This document shows, in pieces, positions 29,494 through 39,777 of a DNA stretch of 64,000 bases. The number at the start of each line of letters is the position of its first letter. Within the stretch, counting starts at the first letter, position 1. Under the pieces are notes generated by a model. The model was not told the DNA's origin. It worked only from the letters and a program-made list of their open reading frames with translations, and made no database searches. Location of the stretch: NCBI GenBank assembly GCA_965228475.1, contig OZ245817.1:2752001-2816000 (forward strand), written 5' to 3'. The translations under genes were made by a program, and so were the position numbers. Origin of the DNA: Myxococcota bacterium. GTDB lineage: Bacteria; Myxococcota_A; UBA9160; JAFDDA01.

Positions 29494-32400
29494 ATGACGC
29501 TCCAGGTCGCCCTGCGCCACGAGACGCACTACCGCTACGACCGGCCGGTCGTGCTCGGGCCCCAGACGATCCGGCTGCGCCCGGCCCCGCACTGCCGGAC
29601 CCCGATTCGCGCCTACTCGCTTCGCGTCACGCCGGAGGCGCACTTCCTGAACTGGCAGCAGGATCCGCAGGGGAACTTCCTCGCCCGGGTCGTCTTCCCG
29701 GATCCGACCCGCGAGTTCCGCGTCGACGTCGATCTCGTCGCGGAGATGTCGGTGATCAACCCGTTCGACTTTTTCCTCGAAGAAGACGCGCGGGAGGTTC
29801 CCTTCGTCTACGAGCCGGCGCTCGCCAAGGAGCTCGAGCCGTTTCTCGTGCCCGAACCGGCCGGCCCCGCGCTGCGCGAGTGGCTGACCGGCGTATCGCG
29901 CGCGGCGACCCCCACCATCGACTTCCTCGTGGGCCTGAACCAGCGGCTCGAGCAGGAGATCCAGTACGTGATCCGCCTCGAGCCCGGCGTGCAGACGCCG
30001 GAGGAGACGCTCGGCCTGGCTCGCGGCTCCTGCCGGGACAGCGCCTGGCTGCTGGTCCAGATCCTCCGCCAGCTCGGCATCGCTGCGCGCTTCGCCTCGG
30101 GCTACCTGATCCAGCTGAAGCCGGACACCGAGAGCCTCGACGGGCCGAGCGGTGCCGAGTCCGACTTCACCGACCTGCACGCCTGGACCGAGGCATACCT
30201 GCCGGGCGCGGGCTGGGTCGGCCTCGACCCGACCTCGGGCCTGCTCGCGGGAGAGGGACACATTCCGCTGGCGTGCAGCCCGAGCCCGCAGTCGGCCGCG
30301 CCCGTGAGCGGCCTCGTCGGCACGGCGGAGGTCGAATTCGGCCATCGCATGTCGGTGGAGCGGGTGCGCGAGTCGCCGCGGGTCACCCTGCCCTACGACG
30401 AGGCCACGTGGCAGGCGATCGACGGCCTGGGCGAGGCCGTCGACCGTCAGCTCCGCGGGGACGATACGCGGCTCACCATGGGCGGCGAACCGACCTTCGT
30501 GAGCATCGACGACTTCGAAGCCCCCGAGTGGAACACCGATGCCCAGGGGCCGACCAAGCGCGCGCTCGCGGAGGACCTGATCCGCCGGCTGCGCGAGCGC
30601 TTCGCTCCGAGCGGCATCCTCCACTACGGGCAGGGCAAGTGGTACCCGGGCGAGCCACTCCCTCGCTGGTCCTTCTCGCTGCTCTGGCGGGAAGACGACG
30701 TGCCGCTCTGGCGGGATGCCTCGCGCATCGCGCGGGAGGCCCGGGATCACGCCCCGGATGCCGTCGCCGCCGAGCGCTTCCTGCGCGCCCTCGCCGAGCG
30801 GCTCGACGTGGACCCGGCGCATGCGGTGCCGGCCTTCGAGGACGCGCTCGCCAGCCTGGCCGCCGAAGCGCGGCTCCCGGAGAACGTCGACGCCCTGCAT
30901 CCACAGGCCGAGGAGCTCGAAACGGGTGAGGGCCGCGCCCGGCTGGCGCGGACGCTCTCGCGCGGCCTCGGCAACCCGCGCGGGTTCGTCCTCCCGGTGC
31001 AGGCCTGGAACGCCAAGAACGGCCGCCGCCGCTGGTACTCGGAGAAGTGGAGCTTCCGGCGCGGCTCGCTGTTCCTGGTCGAAGGCGATTCACCGCTCGG
31101 ATTCCGGCTTCCCCTCGACTCCCTCCCCTTCCTCGACCCGCTCGAGTACCCGCACGTCGTTCCGGTCGACCCGACGCTCCCGCGAGGCCCGCTCGGCCGG
31201 CCCTCGCCGCGCCGCCAGCCCTTCCTTTCCCGCGAGCGGGACGAACGCGCGGCGGGCGCTTCCGCGTACGCGGGTGAGATCGCGAGCACGGCCGTCCGGA
31301 CGGCGGTCTCCGTCGAGCCGAGGGACGGGAGACTCTGCGTGTTCCTCCCGCCCCTCGAGACCGCGGACGACTTCGTGGACCTCGTCGCAGCCATCGAAGA
31401 CGTCTGCGCCGAACAGGACACGGCCGTCCACCTCGAGGGCTATCGCCCGCCGGCGGACCCGCGCCTGCGAATGCTCCAGGTCTCGCCGGACCCGGGCGTG
31501 ATCGAGGTGAACGTCCAGCCGAGCTCGAGCTGGAGGGAACTCGTCGACGTCACGACCACGGTCTACGAGGAAGCGCGGGCGGCCCGCCTCGGCACCGAGA
31601 AGTTCATGCTCGACGGCCGCCACACGGGCACCGGGGGCGGGAACCACTTCGTGCTCGGCGGCGCGACACCGGCGGACAGCCCCTTCCTTCGGCGGCCGGA
31701 CCTGCTGCGCAGCCTCGTCGCGTTCTGGCTGAACCACCCTTCGCTCTCGTACCTGTTCTCGGGCCTGTTCATTGGCCCGACCAGCCAGGCACCCCGCGTC
31801 GACGAAGCGCGCCAGGATGCCCTGTACGAGCTCGAACTCGCCTTCCGGCAGATTCCGGAGCGCGGCGAGGGGGAGTGCCCGCCGTGGCTCGTCGATCGCA
31901 TCCTCCGCAACCTGCTCGTCGATACGACGGGCAACACGCACCGCGCGGAGTTCTGCATCGACAAGCTCTACTCGCCGGACTCGGCGAGCGGACGCCAGGG
32001 GCTGGTCGAGCTGCGGGCCTTCGAGATGCCGCCCCACCCGCGCATGAGTCTCGTCCAGCAGCTTCTGCTGCGATCCCTCGTGGCCCGCTTCTGGCGCGAG
32101 CCGTACCGGGCACCGCTCGCGCGGCACGGCACCGACCTCCACGACCGCTTCCTGCTGCCGCACCACGTCTGGACCGACTTCCGCTCGGTGCTCGCAGAAC
32201 TCCGGGAGGCCGGGTTCGCCTTCGAGGACGCCTGGTTCGGCCCGCACTTCGAGTTCCGCTTCCCGCACGTCGGAACCCTCGAGACGGCCGGCTGCGAGAT
32301 CGAGATCCGCCAGGCCCTCGAACCCTGGCACGTCCTCGGCGAGGAGGGCGCGGTCGGCGGGACCGCGCGCTTCGTCGATTCCTCCCTCGAACGCGTCCAG

Positions 32401-32826
32401 GTCAAGGCCCGCGGGCTGACGGGCGGCCGCTATGCGGTCGGCTGCAACGGCGTGCGCCTCCCCCTCCAGCCGACGGGCGTGTCCGGAGAGTTCGTGGCCG
32501 GCGTCCGCTATCGCGCATGGCAACCGGCCCGCTGCCTCCACCCGACCATCCCGGTCCACGCGCCGCTCACGTTCGACCTCCTCGATCTCTGGACGGGACG
32601 GGCCGTGGCCGGCGGCCGCTACCACGTGGCGCACCCCGGCGGAGTGAACCACGAAACCTTTCCCGTCAATGCCTACGAAGCCGAGGGGCGCCGGCTCGCC
32701 CGCTTCGCCGCGTTCGGGCACACCCCCGGCCCGCTCGAGCTCGTGGAACCCCCTGCGGCCACCGAGCATCCCGCTACTCTCGACCTGCGAGCCTGCTCCG
32801 GGCCGTGGGGGAACCGATCGGCATGA
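29494..32826 (+). CDS. Transglutaminase family protein with C-terminal DUF2126 (putative amidoligase) domain
   Basis: N-terminal H.T.YRYDRPV.LGPQ.IRLRPAPH; triad GSCRD/DLHAW/GLDPT; DUF2126 motifs LTMGGEPTF, PDPGVIEVN, GTGGGNH and ELRAFEMPPH. Confidence 0.92.
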   Translation: MTLQVALRHETHYRYDRPVVLGPQTIRLRPAPHCRTPIRAYSLRVTPEAHFLNWQQDPQGNFLARVVFPDPTREFRVDVDLVAEMSVINPFDFFLEEDAREVPFVYEPALAKELEPFLVPEPAGPALREWLTGVSRAATPTIDFLVGLNQRLEQEIQYVIRLEPGVQTPEETLGLARGSCRDSAWLLVQILRQLGIAARFASGYLIQLKPDTESLDGPSGAESDFTDLHAWTEAYLPGAGWVGLDPTSGLLAGEGHIPLACSPSPQSAAPVSGLVGTAEVEFGHRMSVERVRESPRVTLPYDEATWQAIDGLGEAVDRQLRGDDTRLTMGGEPTFVSIDDFEAPEWNTDAQGPTKRALAEDLIRRLRERFAPSGILHYGQGKWYPGEPLPRWSFSLLWREDDVPLWRDASRIAREARDHAPDAVAAERFLRALAERLDVDPAHAVPAFEDALASLAAEARLPENVDALHPQAEELETGEGRARLARTLSRGLGNPRGFVLPVQAWNAKNGRRRWYSEKWSFRRGSLFLVEGDSPLGFRLPLDSLPFLDPLEYPHVVPVDPTLPRGPLGRPSPRRQPFLSRERDERAAGASAYAGEIASTAVRTAVSVEPRDGRLCVFLPPLETADDFVDLVAAIEDVCAEQDTAVHLEGYRPPADPRLRMLQVSPDPGVIEVNVQPSSSWRELVDVTTTVYEEARAARLGTEKFMLDGRHTGTGGGNHFVLGGATPADSPFLRRPDLLRSLVAFWLNHPSLSYLFSGLFIGPTSQAPRVDEARQDALYELELAFRQIPERGEGECPPWLVDRILRNLLVDTTGNTHRAEFCIDKLYSPDSASGRQGLVELRAFEMPPHPRMSLVQQLLLRSLVARFWREPYRAPLARHGTDLHDRFLLPHHVWTDFRSVLAELREAGFAFEDAWFGPHFEFRFPHVGTLETAGCEIEIRQALEPWHVLGEEGAVGGTARFVDSSLERVQVKARGLTGGRYAVGCNGVRLPLQPTGVSGEFVAGVRYRAWQPARCLHPTIPVHAPLTFDLLDLWTGRAVAGGRYHVAHPGGVNHETFPVNAYEAEGRRLARFAAFGHTPGPLELVEPPAATEHPATLDLRACSGPWGNRSA

Positions 32827-34640
32827 GCGAGCTCGTCGCCCTTTGCTTCGACGCCGACGCCTCTCCGCGCGTCGGCTTCTCCAAGACCCGGGACGCCCAT
32901 CCGATGGACGGCGAACGCATCCACGGCTGGGGCGTCGGCTGGTATCCGGCGAGCGAGCGCGGCGCGACCGTCCTCAAGGACCCGGGCACCGAGACCCGGG
33001 ACGACGTCGGCACGGCGCTCGGCGGATGGGAACGCTTCCGGTCGACGCTCTTCCTCTGCCACCTGCGCGGGCACGATCGGCGCCAGTCCCAGCAGGACCT
33101 GCAGCCCTTCGTGCGCAGCTACGCGGGCCGTCAATGGATCTTCGCCCACGACGGCGACCTCACCCACGGCTGGCAGGAGCGCCTGCCGCTCCCCGACGAC
33201 CCGTCCTTCGAACCGCTCGGGCGGACGGACAGCGAGCACGCCTTCTGCTGGTTCTTGAGCCGGCTCCACCAGAGCCGCGCCCGTTCCCTGGCGGACGTCG
33301 ACGCGGCGGCGCTCGACGCGTGGCTCGGCGAGCTGAACGCCCAGGGCGAACTCAACCTGATCCTGTCCGACGGGGACATGCTGCTCGTCCACCGCGATCG
33401 GGTCGCCACCGACGCCCTCTACTGGACGCGCCTCATTCCCCCGCACGCCGGCCTCTCGCTGCGCTCCCTGGCCGTGGAGATCGACCTGAACGCCCCGCAG
33501 GATCCCCACCGGACGGCGCTCGTCTTCTCGAGCCGGCCGCTCTCCGAGGGCGCGTGGCGCCCCCTGGCCCCGGGACAGTGGATGTTGGCGCGGCGGGGCT
33601 CCGTCACCCACGACAGCGACCCGAGTGCCTCCGTCGAAGTCCTGACCGATCCCGCGACGCGGATGTCGGGCTCGCCTCCGGCCCAGGCGGAGGCCGGACA
33701 CCAGCAGGCCGGCGCCGAAGCCGCTCCGGCGATCGCGGCGCCCGCCTCGGCGCCGCCCTTCCTTCCCCAGCGCGACGAGCGGACGCTCGAAGTGGTCCAG
33801 GAGACCGTCTACCACTACCAGGAGCCGGTCGAACGCAGCTCCCACCGCATCCTCCTGAAGCCGGCGCAGGACGGCCTGCAAACTCTCGAAGCGTTCGAGT
33901 TCGACGTCTCCCCGGCGGGCACCACGGTCGAGTACGAAGACGTCTTCGGAAACTCCGCCTACGACGTCCAGATCAACTCACCCTACACCGAGCTGCGCAT
34001 CGCGAGCCGGGCGCGCGTTCGCGTGCAGTCCCCCGGCATCCTCGAAGCGCGTGCGCGCCGCGACACCATCCCGCTGGTCTGGATGCCCTCGCATCGCCAG
34101 ATGCTCCAGGCGTATCTGCTGCCGATGGAGCTCCCGGAAACCCAGCTCGAGGAGCTCTCCCGCTTCGCGATGAGCTTCGTCGAGCGAAACGACTTCGACC
34201 TCGTGAGCGTCCTGCTCGACATGAACGAGACGATCTACCGGGATTTCTCCTACGTCTCCGGCTCCACCTCGATCCACAGCACGCCCTTCGACGTCTACCA
34301 ATCCCGCGAAGGCGTCTGCCAGGACTTCGCGAACCTGATGATCTGCCTTGCTCGGCTCCTGAACGTCCCCGCGCGGTACCGGATGGGATACCTCTTCACG
34401 GGTGCCGACTACGAGAACAAGATCCAGTCCGAAGCGTCCCACGCGTGGCTCGAGCTCTACCTTCCGCGGCACGGGTGGCACGGCTTCGACCCCACCAACG
34501 CCCGTCAGATCGGGAGCGACCACGTGCGGGTCGCCGTCGGGCGCAACTACCGCGACGCCACCCCGACCACGGGGACCATCTACCGCGGTGGCGGCACGGA
34601 GACCCTGACGGTGAACGTGCAGGTCTCGGAGGTCGGCTAG
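32823..34640 (+). CDS. Fusion of class II glutamine amidotransferase-like (YafJ/EgtC) domain and transglutaminase
   Basis: ATGA overlap with the upstream gene; N-terminal HGWGVGWY, FAHDG and GRTDSEHAFCW; C-terminal EDVFGN, GVCQDFA, ASHAW and GFDPTN. Confidence 0.88.
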   Translation: MSELVALCFDADASPRVGFSKTRDAHPMDGERIHGWGVGWYPASERGATVLKDPGTETRDDVGTALGGWERFRSTLFLCHLRGHDRRQSQQDLQPFVRSYAGRQWIFAHDGDLTHGWQERLPLPDDPSFEPLGRTDSEHAFCWFLSRLHQSRARSLADVDAAALDAWLGELNAQGELNLILSDGDMLLVHRDRVATDALYWTRLIPPHAGLSLRSLAVEIDLNAPQDPHRTALVFSSRPLSEGAWRPLAPGQWMLARRGSVTHDSDPSASVEVLTDPATRMSGSPPAQAEAGHQQAGAEAAPAIAAPASAPPFLPQRDERTLEVVQETVYHYQEPVERSSHRILLKPAQDGLQTLEAFEFDVSPAGTTVEYEDVFGNSAYDVQINSPYTELRIASRARVRVQSPGILEARARRDTIPLVWMPSHRQMLQAYLLPMELPETQLEELSRFAMSFVERNDFDLVSVLLDMNETIYRDFSYVSGSTSIHSTPFDVYQSREGVCQDFANLMICLARLLNVPARYRMGYLFTGADYENKIQSEASHAWLELYLPRHGWHGFDPTNARQIGSDHVRVAVGRNYRDATPTTGTIYRGGGTETLTVNVQVSEVG

Positions 34641-34671
34641 CCGCCCCTCCCCCGAGCGCGCCCGCCGGCGC

Positions 34672-35685
34672 CTAGCCCTGCTTCTGGGTCTGCGTCTGCA
34701 CCTGGTCGTGCGTCCAGCTGGCCGTCAAGAGCACGGGGTCGAAGAACTCGACGCGCACCGTCTCGCAGATCTCCGCCGTCGCGTTCACCAGGTGGGTCAC
34801 GACCTCGTGGAGCCCGCGCTCGAGCACGGAGTCGACGTCGTGCGCCTGGAGCTCGTCGAGCGTCTTGGCCACGATCGCCTCGCTCGCGGAACCGCGCGTA
34901 TCCCCGCGCCCCGGGCGGACGAGGCCCAGGAAGTTCCGGGCCCGCAGCAGGTTGTGGATCACCGAGCGCGGGAAGGTCGGATCGAACAGGAGGAAGTCCG
35001 CGACGGCGCGGCCTCCGAGAATGCGATCCTCCCGCTTGACGAAGGTCTCGGCGCCCGAGCAGAAGCGCAGGGTCGCGATCCAGTGCGCGGCCTCGAGCGG
35101 CGACTCCTCGCCCGGGCGCGTCGGCCCGATGCTGTGATGCTTGATGTCGAGCAGACGCGCCGTCTGCCCCGCCCGCTCGAGCGAGGTTCCGAGCCGCATG
35201 AACTCGAACGGGTCTTCGTGGAGCATCGTGGCATGGGCGATGCCGTGGAACAGCCAGCACTGGTTGCGCAGCCGCAGATAGAAGGCCTGCCGGTCCGACC
35301 GGTAGAGCTTGCGCGCAGCCGGCTCGGCGAGCCAGACCCAGAGATCGTTCAGCGCCTCCCACATCTCGAGCGTGATGGTCTCGCGGATCGTGCGGGCGTT
35401 CTCCCGGGCGAAGCGGAGCGAGGAAGCGAGCGAGGCCGGGTTCTCCTCGTCCCAGGTCAGGTACTCCTGGACCGCTTCCGCATCGTCGAGCTTGCCCGCG
35501 TCGATCCGGCGGACGAAGTCCTCCTCCTGACCGGTCACGATCACGAGGGGCCGCCACCGTTCGGCATCGGCCATCGCGACGTCGAGCTGGAAGGAGAGGT
35601 TCACGCTGAGCATCCGTGCGAGCACTTCGACGCGCTCGACGTAGCGGTTCAGCCAGAAGCAGCTCTCGGCCACGCGCGAAATCAC
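34672..35685 (-). CDS. Alpha-E domain protein (DUF403)
   Basis: Motifs [44 protein letters not shown] and FPRSV. Confidence 0.92.
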   Translation of the reverse strand: MISRVAESCFWLNRYVERVEVLARMLSVNLSFQLDVAMADAERWRPLVIVTGQEEDFVRRIDAGKLDDAEAVQEYLTWDEENPASLASSLRFARENARTIRETITLEMWEALNDLWVWLAEPAARKLYRSDRQAFYLRLRNQCWLFHGIAHATMLHEDPFEFMRLGTSLERAGQTARLLDIKHHSIGPTRPGEESPLEAAHWIATLRFCSGAETFVKREDRILGGRAVADFLLFDPTFPRSVIHNLLRARNFLGLVRPGRGDTRGSASEAIVAKTLDELQAHDVDSVLERGLHEVVTHLVNATAEICETVRVEFFDPVLLTASWTHDQVQTQTQKQG

Positions 35686-37142
35686 GGCCCGCCCTCCAGC
35701 ACCCACGTGTCCTTGGAGCCCCCACCCTGGCTCGAGTTCACGACGTAGGAACCCTCCACCAGCGCCACGCGCGTCAGGCCACCCGGCAGGACCCAGCTCT
35801 CCTTCCCCGTCACGATGTAGGGCCGGAGATCCACGCGGCGCGGCCCGACGCTCGAGCCCGCCCAGGTCGGGCACGTCGAAAGCTCGATCCGCGGCTGCGC
35901 GATGTACTTCCTCGGGTTGGCCTTCACCTTCTCGCGGAACTCCGCGCACTCGGCCTTGGAGGCCTGGGGGCCGATCAGCATCCCGTACCCCCCGGCGCCA
36001 TCGACCGCCTTCACGACCAGCTCTTCGATGTGCTCGAGGACGTAGTCGCGGTCCGAGTCCCGGTCGCAGACGTAGGTCTCGACCTGTCCGAGCTTCGGCT
36101 CCTCCGACAGATAGAACCGGACCATGTCCGGCACGTAGGGGTAGATGCCCTTGTCGTCCGCGACGCCGTTGCCGATCGCGTTCGCGATCGCGACGTTGCC
36201 CTTCGCGTAGGCGCCAAACAGCCCGCGCACTCCGAGCAGGCTCGTCTTGTCGAACACGAGCGGGTCGAGGAAGGGGTCGTCGATGCGCCGGTAGATCACG
36301 TCGACCGGCCGCGGGCCGAGGGTGGTCTTCGCGAAGACGCGGTCGTCGTCGACGAACAGGTCGCTGCCCTGGACGAGGGCCAGCCCCATCCGGCGCGCGA
36401 GGAAGCTGTGCTCGAAGTACGCGGAGTTGAACGGGCCCGGTGTGAGCACGACGGCCGCATCGGCGTCGCCGCCCGGCCCGACCGAAGCGAGCGCATCGCG
36501 CAGGCGGATCGGGTACTCCTCGACGCTCGCCACATGGGACTCGGCGAAGACGTACGGGAAGACCTTCTTCATCACGGTGCGATTCTCGAGGGCGTAGGAC
36601 ACCCCCGAGGGCGTCCGCGCGTTGTCCTCGAGGACGAGGAAGCCGCCCTGTTCGTCGCGAATGAGGTCGATGCCCGCGATGTGGACGTAGACGCCGCCGG
36701 GCGGGACGATGCCCGCCACTTCGGGCGTGTAGCCCTCCGCGCCGAGCACCAGCTCCCTCGGGATGATCTTTTCCTTCAGGATCCGCTGTTCGCCGTAGAC
36801 GTCCGCCAGGAAGGCATTGAGCGCCTGCACCCGCTGCTCGAGGCCTTCGCGCAGGTCGGACCACTCCTTCGCAGGGATGATCCGCGGGATCAGATCGAAG
36901 GGGAAGATCCGCTCCGAGCCGCGCTGATCCGAGTAGACCGAGAAGGTGATCCCGCTCTTCAGGAAGGTCGAGTCCGCGAGCTTGCGGCGCGCTTTGAACT
37001 CGCGCGCGCCGAGCGCATCGAGGCGCTCGAGGATCCGCCGGGCCTCGGGCCGGACCTCTCCGGCCGCGTCGAAGCACTCGTCGAAGGCCCCCTCGAGCGG
37101 CGCGTAACCCTGGAACAGCGAAGCGGGAACGGGAGCGGACAT
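35682..37142 (-). CDS. Circularly permuted type 2 ATP-grasp protein (DUF404/DUF407)
   Basis: Motifs [42 protein letters not shown] and [15 protein letters not shown]. Confidence 0.93.
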   Translation of the reverse strand: MSAPVPASLFQGYAPLEGAFDECFDAAGEVRPEARRILERLDALGAREFKARRKLADSTFLKSGITFSVYSDQRGSERIFPFDLIPRIIPAKEWSDLREGLEQRVQALNAFLADVYGEQRILKEKIIPRELVLGAEGYTPEVAGIVPPGGVYVHIAGIDLIRDEQGGFLVLEDNARTPSGVSYALENRTVMKKVFPYVFAESHVASVEEYPIRLRDALASVGPGGDADAAVVLTPGPFNSAYFEHSFLARRMGLALVQGSDLFVDDDRVFAKTTLGPRPVDVIYRRIDDPFLDPLVFDKTSLLGVRGLFGAYAKGNVAIANAIGNGVADDKGIYPYVPDMVRFYLSEEPKLGQVETYVCDRDSDRDYVLEHIEELVVKAVDGAGGYGMLIGPQASKAECAEFREKVKANPRKYIAQPRIELSTCPTWAGSSVGPRRVDLRPYIVTGKESWVLPGGLTRVALVEGSYVVNSSQGGGSKDTWVLEGGP

Positions 37143-37258
37143 TCGGGTCGAGGGGTCCTCCGGAGGAAGCCGGAGTCTAGAACGGGTTCGGACCGTTTGC
37201 AGACCCCCGGCCGCTCGCGAGGTGGACGCTGCAGCGTCTCGGGATAGCCTGCAACCCG

Positions 37259-38149
37259 ATGAAGATCGCCATGACCGTGCTGCTTTCCGCCCTGTCCCTC
37301 CCCTCCGTCGCCGAGGCCCAGGGCCCTCCCTCCTCTTCCGACGGCCTGCGCGGACGGATCGAGACCTCGGGAAGTCACACCTTCGAGCAGGGGCTCGACG
37401 GCCCGGGCCGCGTCGCGCTCTCGCGTGCGGGGGTCACCGGCTCCTTCGACGCGCCGGTGGCGCCGGGCCTGCGCGCCGGCCTGTTCGGGGGCTACGAGCT
37501 CGCGCACTACGCCTTCGACGGAGCAACGGGCCTGATCCCCGGCCGGAGCGACCCCTTCGACGATTTCCATCGGGTGACGGCCGGCTTCCAGCTCGACTGG
37601 CGCCGCGACCGCTTCAGCCTGTTCGCGCGGCTCGGGGCCACCTGGGCCGGCGAGAGCGACGCATCGCTCGGCGGCGGCGTGACCTGGCAGGGCTTCGGAG
37701 GAGTCCGCTGGCAGTACCGGGACGACCTGGCCTTCACGTTCGGGTTGCTCGGCTTCACCCGGCTCGAAGACGATGCCTTGATCGTCCCGATCGTGGGCGT
37801 CGACTGGCGCATCAACGACCGCCTGCGCCTGTTCACGCCGGGCCCGGGCCTCGCTCTCGTCGCGAAGCTCGACCACGGGCTGAGCCTCACCCTGCGGGGC
37901 GGCTGGGAAGGCCGGGATTATCGCCTCGACGGCGGCCGACGCGGCCTGCGCTCGGGCGTGGTCCGCGACGACCGGGTGCCGATCTCCCTAGAACTCAGCA
38001 CCTCCCGCGGACCGCTGCGCCTCGGCGTGCAACTCGGCGCCACCGTGTACCAGCAGTTCGAGATCGACGACCGCACCGGCGATCGCATCTCCCGGGTGGA
38101 GACCGATCCGGCCCCGTTCCTGGGCCTGCGCGGCGCGTTCCGCTTCTAG
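37259..38149 (+). CDS. Outer-membrane beta-barrel protein (DUF6268-like)
   Basis: Signal peptide, alternating amphipathic strands, [11 protein letters not shown] motif and terminal Phe (GAFRF). Confidence 0.75.
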   Translation: MKIAMTVLLSALSLPSVAEAQGPPSSSDGLRGRIETSGSHTFEQGLDGPGRVALSRAGVTGSFDAPVAPGLRAGLFGGYELAHYAFDGATGLIPGRSDPFDDFHRVTAGFQLDWRRDRFSLFARLGATWAGESDASLGGGVTWQGFGGVRWQYRDDLAFTFGLLGFTRLEDDALIVPIVGVDWRINDRLRLFTPGPGLALVAKLDHGLSLTLRGGWEGRDYRLDGGRRGLRSGVVRDDRVPISLELSTSRGPLRLGVQLGATVYQQFEIDDRTGDRISRVETDPAPFLGLRGAFRF

Positions 38150-38177
38150 CGGCCAGCAGCAGGCCGGATGGCCGCGT

Positions 38178-39041
38178 TCAACGGGACGCGAAGGCCGCGA
38201 TCAGCTCGGCCAGCCGCTCGGGTTGGTCCCAGCAGACGAGCGTCTTGCAGTCCTCGATCATCACGAGCTCCGCGGTGGGAACCTCCGCGCAGAAGCGTTC
38301 GGCCAGGGACGGCTTGAAGGCCCGGTCGTCGGCGCCCCAGGCGACGAGGAACGGGAGCTTCGTCGAGCGCAGCGCGGCGGCCGCGCGGTTCGTGACGTCC
38401 GGGCCGAACCCCTTCAGCACCTCGAGCGCATCGCGGCGGACCTTCTCGTTCGCGAGCAGGGCGTCGGCCCAGCGGTCGATCTTCTCGCCGTCGATCTCGT
38501 TCGCGAGCAGCCCGAAGACGAAGGGCAAGCCCCAGAGTGCACGGATCTTCAACACGCGCCCGAGGATCGACATGCTTCCGGGGAGGTAGGGCAACAGGTT
38601 GAAGTAGCCGAAGATCTTCGGCGGGAAGTCGTCGTACATGTCGCAGTTGGTCAGGACGACGCGCCCGAGGCGCTCGGGGTGGTTCGTGGCGACCACCTGG
38701 GAGATCGCCCCGCCGCTGTCGTTTCCGACGAGCGTCACGTCCTTCACGTCGAGCTGTTCGAGCAGCTCGGCCACGGCGCGGGCCAGACCGTCCGGTGAGA
38801 GGTCGGCACCGTCATCGGCGGGCAGGCGATGGGCCCCCATCGGCAGGGTCGGCAGGATGCAGCGGAACCGGTCCGAGAGGAGCGGCGGCATCCGGTCCCA
38901 GTGGGACGCCTCCGCGAGCACGAGGTGAAGGAAGACCACGACCGGGCCCTCGCCGATGTCGCGGTATTCGATCGTTCCGAGATGGGTCCGCGCGAGCTTC
39001 GGCTCCGGCCACGGGTGGCTGCGGCGGGCAGTTTCGTCCAT
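38178..39041 (-). CDS. Alpha/beta fold hydrolase
   Basis: VGNDSGGAISQ nucleophile elbow; FLH oxyanion region; WGADD. Confidence 0.88.
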   Translation of the reverse strand: MDETARRSHPWPEPKLARTHLGTIEYRDIGEGPVVVFLHLVLAEASHWDRMPPLLSDRFRCILPTLPMGAHRLPADDGADLSPDGLARAVAELLEQLDVKDVTLVGNDSGGAISQVVATNHPERLGRVVLTNCDMYDDFPPKIFGYFNLLPYLPGSMSILGRVLKIRALWGLPFVFGLLANEIDGEKIDRWADALLANEKVRRDALEVLKGFGPDVTNRAAAALRSTKLPFLVAWGADDRAFKPSLAERFCAEVPTAELVMIEDCKTLVCWDQPERLAELIAAFASR

Positions 39042-39057
39042 GGAGGATCCTCCGGCT

Positions 39058-39102
39058 GAGTTGTAGTAATCACTACAACTCTAGTTGTAGTCACTGCTAC
39101 AA
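39058..39102. promoter_or_regulatory. Tandem palindromic operators (likely TetR binding sites) in a divergent promoter
   Basis: GAGTTGTAGT-aatc-ACTACAACTC (39058-39081) and TTGTAG-tcactg-CTACAA (39085-39102), an AT-rich island between the hydrolase and tetR starts. Confidence 0.85.
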
Positions 39103-39114
39103 TCAAGGCCGTTC

Positions 39115-39651
39115 ATGGGACCCAAGCACGACAAAGCCGCCATCCTCGAAGCGGCCCTCGCCGCCGCCCTCGAGGACGGCCTGAGCCGCCTGAGCTTCGG
39201 CCGCCTGGCGAAGCGCCTCGGCATCCGAGACCGGACGGTCGTCTACTACTTCCCGACGAAGGACGACCTCGTCCGCGAGGTGCTCACCGCCCTCGGGCTG
39301 GAGTTCCAGGAGACCCTCGCCGCCGCCTTCAAGACCCGGGCCGCCGACCACCTCGAACTGCTGCGCGCAGCCTGGAGCGTCCTCGCCCACCCGAAGGTCG
39401 ACCCCCTGTTCGCCCTCTTCTTCGAAGCCAATGGGCTCGCCGCCTCGGGCCAGGAGCCGTACCGCTCGGTCGTCCCGGCGCTGGTGGAGGCCTGGATCCT
39501 CTGGGCCGCGGAGTTCGTCGAGGGCCCGGCGAAGAAGCGCCGGACCGAGGCCGAGACGGCCGTCGCCGTGCTCGACGGCCTGCTGCTCCTGCGCCAGCTC
39601 GCCGGGCCGGCCGCGGCCAATCGGGCCGCGCGCCGGCTCGGGGTCCGCTAG
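39115..39651 (+). CDS. TetR/AcrR family transcriptional regulator
   Basis: HTH ILEAALAAALEDGLSRLSFGRLAKRLGIRDRTVVYYFPTKDDL. Confidence 0.92.
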   Translation: MGPKHDKAAILEAALAAALEDGLSRLSFGRLAKRLGIRDRTVVYYFPTKDDLVREVLTALGLEFQETLAAAFKTRAADHLELLRAAWSVLAHPKVDPLFALFFEANGLAASGQEPYRSVVPALVEAWILWAAEFVEGPAKKRRTEAETAVAVLDGLLLLRQLAGPAAANRAARRLGVR

Positions 39652-39777
39652 CCCGAGGCGAGGGGCCGCTCCAAAACCTTCGATATTCTCGATGGTTGGA
39701 GCCGGGACGTCCCGCGGCCCCATCCCTTCGGGAAACGGAGGATTCCAAGGCTACAATCGCGCCTTTGGGGGTTCACG

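Noticed and set aside
31875..32822. N-terminal extension of the GATase-TGase ORF (921 aa)
   Set aside because: It overlaps the DUF2126 gene out of frame. The ATGA-coupled start at 32823 aligns with the Ntn-domain N-terminus.
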